NCBI GenBank assembly: GCA_002633005.1 | Contig: NMRA01000067.1 | Location: 1,057,553-1,121,552 of the forward strand | Reading direction: 5' to 3' | Source: Phoronis australis | Lineage: Eukaryota > Animalia > Phoronida | Length of the DNA: 64,000 nt | In this document: positions 11,243 through 20,100 of the stretch, piece after piece | Layout: each line of letters starts with the position of its first letter | Numbering within the stretch: position 1 is the first letter of the stretch | Notes under the pieces: model-generated | The model's input: the letters and a program-made list of their open reading frames with translations, nothing else | Database searches by the model: none | What the model was told of the DNA's origin: nothing | Made by a program: the position numbers and the translations under genes

Positions 11243-13247
11243 TTAATCGCAAGCTCCGGCATCACGGTCTTGGATATTGGAATCCAGTGTATAATTTGTA
11301 TTCTCAAACCAACGCCCTAGCAATGTTTTATATTCACGAAGCACAACTGGCCTGAACAAGAATGATACCGCGACCATACACCCCTGCGACGCATTAAGGA
11401 TGATGAATAAATACGAAATCCACTCCAGCTTAGTGATTTCTGCCAAAAAACCAACTGTCCAAGTCAAGCCCGACACGGCGCATAATCGAAGCAGGACATT
11501 AACAACACTCCACCGCTGGTTCTTACATAGGGCATTCATTTGGTTCTTCATCCTGGCAAGACGAAAGCATATGAAGATAACGGAGATCACATTGACCGCA
11601 ATGCAGAGGGCGATGGGTAAAGCAAAGAAATAGCCAATGGCCCGAGGTTCCGATATCCAACAAATGGCGTCCCCATAGCCGACTTCAAATCTAAGCACTT
11701 TAGAGAAGTTTAAAACCACAGACGTCACCACAATTGNCTCCACAACCAGAGCCACCGAAGGAATGCATTGGTCCGCAATAAACTTGTCTACAGATTTTCT
11801 GAAAAGGAATGCATAAATTTACGTGGGAATTTAACGTGAAAACAGAGAAAAGAAAAATGCATTATGTAAATATTGGTTACGTGCAACCTTAAACATTTAA
11901 AAGTGTGTTTTCAGTCGAAGTCTGCGGCCTAGACAGGGTTTTTGCCCACTGGAATAAAAAACAACGTTGCCGCCTCCCGTGTAGCCACCAATTTCGTGCC
12001 ACCCCTTGTCATCGTATATTTTTTGTCGTTCTGTCCTGTCATTTCTGCCGACCCCCGTTATCAAAACAACGTTTCGTACGGCTCACCACTGATTTTGTTT
12101 CAACCCCGGACGTCAATGCCCCTTCGTCATTTCGTCATTGCCGCCTCTGTCAGGGCGTCAGACGGGGCGGATCTCCTTTCCTACAACGTCAGTGGTTGAC
12201 TGAGTCGTAATTACAGTATGCCGTCCGCTGCACTGTCACTTAAGCAGGTCCTCGAGGCTAATAGCTCGTCAGTACTCAACAATTTTATAAAATACTTACA
12301 GAAAAAGTGTCGTAGAACGTTCCTTCAGAGCACCTGTCTTCACCATGAGCGATTGTTTTTGTTGGAGTAATAAAATTAAAAATGGCCGAAAAATCTTGCC
12401 TCAATTCGCGTTTAGGTGTTAGAGTAACTACTTTCATTAAGGCGCAACCATCTGGATCTTGGTCGTTACACGCTGCACAGAAAATGTTGCGATAAGTTTC
12501 AGAGGAATGAGTAATCGTCACTGGGTCGTGGAACCTGCTACATAGTCTTTGCAGTGTTGGTTTAGTACATTGTTTCTCACTGTAGCACACAGGTAAACGT
12601 TTCAATATCGTATCTCCGGGAAGAAATCTAACACTGTACGAGTTAGTAGTACCAGTGGCAGACAACAAATCGACCTGCCTTTGGAAAGATGTGAAGATAG
12701 TTTGCCACGACTGCCAACCCTTGACTTTGTTGCATCTAGCACAAAAAACGTTCCTAAAAAGAATTTCGTTCTTCCAGACAGGCACATGCGGACTTTCTGC
12801 TAACTGAACGTCTTCACGTGTGAACGTAGTATTTTCAGCGTTTTCACACAAAGCTTTCACGTGCTTCTTTGCACCACCAGGGCAACGAGACACCATCCGG
12901 ACCTGATGAATTTTGCTACGTTTCGAAAGTTTTCCCTTTTCAACTTCACGAGATAGTGCAAAGTCAACGCAGCCTACTTTGTCCAAAAGCTTACCGAAAT
13001 CATCGTCTGGCTCGTGGTCGCATTGTATCTGATCTCCAATCCACCCCACGCAGCACGTGCCCGCTACAGTGCAATACTTCCCACAATCACATCGCTTTTT
13101 TGTCGTTTTCTGACAGATGTCGCTTGCCGAGCACCTGTTTTCGTCCGCTGAACACGGATACCAGACAGGCAGAGTGACTGTGCCGTTCTTTTCAACATAA
13201 GCTATTTCCACGCACTGAAGGAAAATGAACAACACAACAATGCTCAT
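11243..13247 (-). CDS. Family-B (adhesion/Methuselah-like) GPCR with Cys-rich, somatomedin-B-like ectodomain; internally incomplete in this assembly
   Basis: Exon 13247-12300 has a signal peptide, CDCGKYCTVAGTCC and two FRNVFCARCN/YRNIFCAACN motifs. It splices in phase 0 to an exon starting at 11798 (KICRQVYCGPMHSFGGSGCG). After the N at 11737 the sequence encodes TM4-TM7 of a secretin-family 7TM (GYGDAICWIS, YFFALPIALCIAVN, GLTWTVGF, YLFIILNASQG), ending at the stop at 11243. Confidence 0.8.
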
Positions 13248-14052
13248 GTTTTTTTTAGATAATTCGCAGTACTCAGAATTCGATACCTAAAAATATGCCA
13301 CTGAGTTGTCCATTTGTACGCTTTCGTTAATGTATTCTCGCAGCAACTAAAACCACAATTGAAAATTATCGCGTATATTTATACATATGTATGTATAGAC
13401 ATACTCACACCTACAACAGTTACGTAGTTTGGAGTTGGCACGTCTTCTTCGCCGCGCCTTCAAGCCCAGCCCCGGCATTGTCACTGTTAAGTTGTGACAA
13501 GCGTAATACATGCTGCGCAAACTTTGTCAAGATCTCGGTGCTTGTGTCGTGAAATGTATCCTGCATCGTTTTTGTGAAACCGCGGATACACCCGTTGCTG
13601 TCAAGCAGCACTGAACAGTTAGGCTGCAGCCAATAGTACCTAGAATTTAAATAAAGGGTTTTATCGCGTTAAGCGGCTGGTTTGTGTGTTGCTGACTTGA
13701 TTGGGCTTTTGACTGAGAAAGTTTTTATTCGTGACCTGCTTTTGATGCAAAATGATGGCTGTCGTTTGCTTTCTCAGCCCCTGTCGTCTGTTGTCCGAGA
13801 AACCGGGTGTGATTTCAGGTGGCTGTCAAACAGATCAAAATTGCCAAAAACGAAACTGAAAAAGAGCGTACTATGGCTACAATTTTAGAATCTAGAGAGA
13901 ACGAGCATTCTGAATCTGTAGACAGAGTTTTTCTAGTACTAGCAGGGAAGTGGTAATTTTGGGGAGAAAATTGCCAAATTTGTTGTTTTTGGTCCTATTT
14001 TTGTGTGCGGATATTTTTTACGATGTGAATTAATCGATTGAAAATCTGTAGC

Positions 14053-15320
14053 ACAAGAGCAACGCAGAGCGTTGAAATGCGCCCACGAACGCATTGCAAA
14101 CGGTGTGCTTTTAGGGTTATATATTTACATCATAAAAATGGCCACTAAATGGCGCAAAAACATATAATCCATTCAAAAACAGGAACATGCCATATTTCAC
14201 AAAAATCTGTCAAGGAACTTCAGAGAAACAAAGGAAAACAGAATAAAATGAAATTGCCAATAGTGGGCACAGTGCCCATTGGATCCGCCTGAAAGTCATC
14301 GTCGTCTGTTGTTATCTTCATATAAATACACTTACTAAATTTAGTAAAGATCCTGCAGTGGGTTTAGGAGATACAACTATGGGCGCGAAACAAAACTACA
14401 ACTAGAAGGCGCCACAGTAGTCAGTCACCATCATCAAAGGTCATCTTCCCACTGAGAACATATATGTCAATTTTCAAATGATTTGGTTGATACAGGGGTG
14501 GACACCAAAAACAATATTTGAGAACAGGAAAAAAATGGCCACTAAGTGGTGCAAAATACCATCCAAAAACAGGAAGATAGCGTCATCACACCAATAGATG
14601 CCTATGTTTAAAATTTTATGAAAATCTGTTGAGGACCTTTGAAGATACAAAGGTAAACGTAAAACAAATAAAATTGCCACTAGGGGGCACACCAGTAGTG
14701 AAAACTGTCCAAAAGTCGTCGCTATAAATATACTTACTAAATTTCGTAAAGATCCTGCAAACGGTTTAGGAGATACAGCCATAGGCGCAAAAAAAACTGC
14801 CACTAGGAGGCGCCACAGTAGCCAAAATCGTCGGAAAATCGTCGTCAACCGTCCTCTTCATAGTAACCACATACATGCCAATTTTCACAATCATCCTTTG
14901 AGCGGTTTGGTTGACAGAGGGGTGCACGAAAAAAAATACTCAAAAAAGTAAAAATGGCCACTAGGTGGCGCAAACTACGTCGAATCCATCAGAAAACGGG
15001 AGGATGGCGTCATCTCAGTAATAGGTGCTTACATACCGAATTTCATGAACATCCGTTCAGGACTTTTGAAGATACAAAGGTAAGCGTAAAAAACTAAAAT
15101 TGCCACTAGGTGGCACACCGGTAGTCGGATCCGTCCAAAAGTTTGCTCATGCCGTCCCATCCATGATTGGAACATATGTGCCAAATTTCATGAACGTAAG
15201 ACAAAGGGTTTTGGAGATAGATCAGCGGACGCCGGACGGACGCCGCACGGACGAACGGACGGACAGACGGAGTTGACGGCATAATGCGTCCACACATAAA
15301 TATGTGGGCGCCGGCATAAT
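14053..15320 (+). mobile_element. Helentron-associated non-autonomous element (HINE/DINE-1-like), family A, near full length
   Basis: 5' ACAAGAG with hairpin caacgc-aga-gcgttg and subterminal repeat TGCGCCCAC. Internal ~400-bp diverged tandem units (aaaatggccacta at ~14136, ~14532, ~14950). (GGAC/AGAC)n microsatellite at 15226-15270. 3' stem-loop ccacacataaatatgtgg and inverted GTGGGCGC. Confidence 0.8.
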
Positions 15321-17178
15321 AATTAACGTTTCAGTTATCACGAGAAGTGCTTGTCAGTTGGGAATGCTAAAAAACTTTTTTTCAAACTCTTGATAAGAAC
15401 GCGATGTAAGGACTAGTCTCCACTTAGGTGTGCGTTGGCAGCCAAAACTCTGTAATAAGTGTAGTGTACCTACTCACGCTCGCTGGAAAACAAAATATCT
15501 CAGCGACCAGAGCAGATGCATGAACTGAAATTACATTGCAACGGAGTTCCCGATCAATTACGGTGCAATCCGTTAATCCAATTTTCAATATGCGAAACGA
15601 AAGCTGAAAATGTTTTTTTACTATCACTATCCCATTTCCAGTTTTCGAAGCGAAAATTCAGAACTCGGCTTTAGTTCAATACCCTATTTTCTATTTACTA
15701 TACGAAAATGGAATATCATGTTGTTCAAATCCTATTTCCAATTTGCAAAACAAAACTTGAAAATTCAGTATACTCCCGTTCCCGTGCTCCTTCCTCATGT
15801 CACGGCACCTCCGATGGCCACGGGTCGGTACGTGAGAGGAATGGCCACTGTAACTGAAGGGCTTGTTGGCTAATTTTGCCGAGAAATCAGTTGGCAATCT
15901 GAAACCACACCCCAAGTCTCACTTGATGATGTCATTATGAATAAAATAAAAATAAACAATGAAATCATTCGTGATTTGATAACTACAGCACTCGGTTGAA
16001 ACTTAGTCGAACTTGCAATCGGAAACAATGAAAACTATCGCAACCTTCTCAGTGAAATCTCAGGGTTGCAAGCTCTCACGCTAGAGCGCATGGATGAGTC
16101 CAGAGGGTTCCATGCCAGTTCCTCTTGTTCTATAACAATAGATTTTAAGAGTCTTAAAACGAGACAGTCGCAATGGTCGATGTCTTTATCATCGTTAATC
16201 AGAAATTGTCGATTACAAGGGAAATATGAACGTCACGTTCACATTTAATTCTAAGTCTCAGCGTCAGTTGGTTTCCTGAGAATGATGTCAAAGTCCCACA
16301 CAAAAGCACGGAAGTTCGGCTTTTACGTATACACCTTCCCAAACACAAACTGGCAGCATGCATTTATGTTACCATCCAAATCACCGAGTGTATTTTAGAT
16401 GACGCCTAACGTGGTCCAGCTAAGTACTCGACATCATAGCGACGACGCAAATAAATCGTATAAGCCTGGCACAGGACCAGTGTCACCTTAAGAAATGACA
16501 ACAATGAGATATTTAGATGAGCACCCTGTAATAAGTGTTAACCACTAGACATCTTCGTGTCAGGAAGCTGTCCTCTGTCGTGCATGGAGTTCTGCCTTTG
16601 TTGAGTTGTTGTTTGTCATTCTTGTTGGTTGCCTGCAAGTACAGTGCATGAGGATTGGTCTATGGCCTGCATCGCTTGCTCCTTCAAACAGGTCTGCCGT
16701 TGATGCGGATGGAACCCTGTTTCGAGACATTTAATAATGAGCCTCATACCATTGTTTGGAGCCAGACGACTGAAGCAAGTCTTCTTTGCTTCGCCGAATA
16801 GACGATGGCAATTCATATGGCTTCAGGTAATAGTCGCTGGTATGCGCAGTGTGTATGTCAACAAATGAAGAATAAAAATACAGATGTAAACCAAACTCGC
16901 GTTTCCTGCATTCTAAGCAAAAAGATGGAAGAAATTTGGAAGAATCTGTCACTAAAAGTTTAGTCTGAACACATGGCCTATATCAAACATGTCTCGGTAA
17001 TAAACTCTTGAAACTTGGAGGGATTACCTGAAGAGAGCGTTTGCCAATAGCCAGACAAGCAATACTAGCCTGAGGTATAACTAGGATTGAACTAACCAGA
17101 TTATACATCGTTTTATTTGAAAATAAATCAGTACAAATTTGTAAGATTCAGTGGTGTGATACGTAAGCGGTCAGAATA

Positions 17179-20100
17179 TTATTTACTCATTGATTTCCCT
17201 TGGAAGGGGAGTTCAGAACCTAATTTCAGACAGTCTTTCAAATTGAACAGTTCCTTGACTTGCGGGTAATTGCCTTTTTGCATTTCTTTCACAATCGTCT
17301 TCTGCCGCTTCAGTTTAGCTGGAACAACCAGCGACTCCTTACATGTATCAAGACACTCTTCGGAAAGCGAACGAGCCCATGTATAGAACTCTCCAGCTGC
17401 TAAGCACACTTTGCTAACCTCGTCCTGGGAATACGGCTCTAGAATTTCCAGACATCTTGCAGCTATTTCAGGGTGCAACTGTGACAGTTTGAAGTTCTTA
17501 ATTCTATAATATAACCCAACATAATCACTCAAGGGAATAGTGGAGAACAATTTTTGACACTGAATCCACTTCCGGGTCAGTCCTTCATTGTCTCCGAGTA
17601 GTAATAAAGATGCGATCATAATTTCGTGGACCTGTTTTGGAGGTTGACTGTACCCTCGGATCTCGTTCATCAGTGCCCTGTCTATGCTAAGTACAGCTTT
17701 ATTCAGCATCAAAACACGTCTAAGTCTATCTCGCTGTGCCTTTGCCCACGTGAATAAAGGCTCGAGAAAACGTTCTAAGCCCATTTCCTCAATCTCCCTG
17801 ATAACCTTTTCCAAACCCTCTAAGTCGTCGTCTTTAGAGGCTTTGGCTAGCTCTTCTCTTTTCTTTGCAGCGTAAATAATACAACGCGCCTCTTGCACGA
17901 GTTTCTCATCTATCTTCAGTATGTCCATGTGACTTTCGTAAAAGTTGACGTAATCATTCATAGCTGGGTCAATCAGGTCAACTTCGAGGGTGTCATTGGC
18001 TTTCACGAGGGCATCTCTTAGTTGGTCGTGCTCTTCGTGCAAGTGCTTCCACTCCTCATACTTTCTAAGCGCTTGGAGAACATGAGCTGCTTGGTCAAAT
18101 ATCGTTTTATCAAAGTCTAAGCTAACCTGGGCTTTGTGTTGGTTATATAATGCTTCATATTGGTTCATGTCGTTCATTATTTGCTGCTGATCAGTTGACT
18201 GTATTGAATTGGACAAGGCATCTTTCAGGGCGTCAAGTTTTTTCTGTAGAAGTTCTCTCTCTTCGCGCTTTTTAATGTGATGCAACGTACTCCGACATTC
18301 ATGTACCAGAGATTCATCAATATCTATATCCATATTTTTGACTTCATTTTCTTCGAAGAATTGCAAGTAAGATTGAAGAGCCTTCTGAATATGCTCTTTA
18401 TCTGAATTAAGGTTTGCTTTCTCTAAGTTTGCTTTTAAACCCCAAAGGCGTTGTTTCAAAACGTCAAATCTCTCCTTTTTCTCTATAGCGGCTATGGCAT
18501 CTAAGGCTTGTGCTTCGAGAATGTTGTCGTAATCTAAGCAGTGACTATGATCTTTGTAAAAAAATTGATATTCTTGAAGAGCGCTTTCAATATCAGATTT
18601 ACTGGTTGATTTAGCGGCTGCGGCAAGACAGTTTGCTAAAAAACTAAATTTAGACTGCAAAGCAGCTATTTTCATGTTCTCTTGTATAACACACACCGTT
18701 TCCTTTGCATTAACAACTAAAGTATCATCCGGTGTAAGATATTTCACATTACTCTCGCACAAATGCTCATATGCCGCTGTTGCTTGCTCAATCCTTTCTT
18801 TATCCATACTCGCCAAGGCGTCACAAATTTCTGCTTTAAGCACGTCCAGCTTGGCCTCCAATCTCTTTTTTATTTCTGTTTCAGTTATGGTTGCAACAGT
18901 TTCTTGAGCTTCGTGAACAAGACCATCGTCTGCCCGTACCACGTCATCATTTAATGAACAAAATTGCTTGTACTCTGCTAAAATTTTTGAAATTAATTCT
19001 TTATCCTTCTCGTGGATGGCCGAAGTCAATTTGCTCTTTATCGCCATATAGTGAGCTTCGATGGGCGCACGCCTCTCTAGCTCTTTTATTTCAGAAATTA
19101 CTTTTTCAGCCCCCGTTACAAAGCTCGAATCGAATTCCAGAAAATCTGGATGGCAGCTTTGTAGCTCACGATACTTGTCAATGATACTACTTATGGTGTC
19201 TTTATCTCGTGAAGCACACGCACTCGCCAACTTCTCTTTTAATGCATTAAATTGAGCTACTACCATCTCTCGTGTTTTCTTTTCCTCAATCTTAGCGAGA
19301 ATGACATTCGTTTCCTTCACCAAACTCTCGTTAACAGATATATCGCAGTTGTGTTCATTACAGAACTTCACATACTCGTCTAGTGCCTCAACAATGTCCC
19401 TCTCTTCGAATCCCTTGTTCAGTTCCATTAATCTACTTTCAAGGCCACTCAATTTCGACCGCAATGCCATTACTGCTTCTTGTTTATAAATTGCAGCCAA
19501 CTTGTTTTCAGTGTTGGCTATCAGAGCGGTGTTGCATGGAACATCTCCGTGGGCGTTACAAAACGCCTGATATTCGCTTAAGGCCTTTTCCATTTCACCC
19601 TTCTTCCCCGCCACAGTTGCTGCTTTCAAAATTTTGCTAAGCTCTTCCAATTTCTCACGGTCTTTCTTTTCTTGAATGAAAATCAAATTACGATTAGTTT
19701 CTTTCACGATTTCTTCATCTGGGATTAATTCGGCACCATCTGCTTTGAAAAAATTAAGATAATCCGAAAAAGCTTGATTTATCAAGTCTTCGTCAAAAGC
19801 TTTGTTTGCTTGGTCTAAGCTTTGCCTCAAGCCATCTGCTTGCTCCTGCAACTTGTTCAACCTTTCTTTCTCTTCTATTTTCAAAAGTACATCGTACGAC
19901 TGTTTAACAAGTTCTCCGTCAATTTGAAACAGTTCACAGTTTTTCTCACAAAATAATTGATAAGCAGACAATGCCGACTTTATTTCATCCTTTCTAAACG
20001 CGTTCATAGAACTCACTAATTTGATCTTCAGTTCGCTAAATTCTTCTTCAAGTCTCTGCCTTTCTTCACTTTGTTTGATCACAGAAACGGTTAGGCTTGC

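Noticed and set aside
11905-12210. Plus-strand ORFs within the GPCR locus as the missing GPCR exon
   Set aside because: They are on the wrong strand, the minus-strand frames contain many stops, and exon 1 splices in phase directly to 11798.
14474-15297. ORFs of 124 and 63 aa (and similar ORFs at 56314-58212)
   Set aside because: They lie inside non-coding HINE repeats and the frames are not preserved among copies.
16616-16952. Short minus-strand ORFs downstream of the 1857-aa gene
   Set aside because: No recognisable domain or consistent splice signals, and they lie past the polyadenylation signal.
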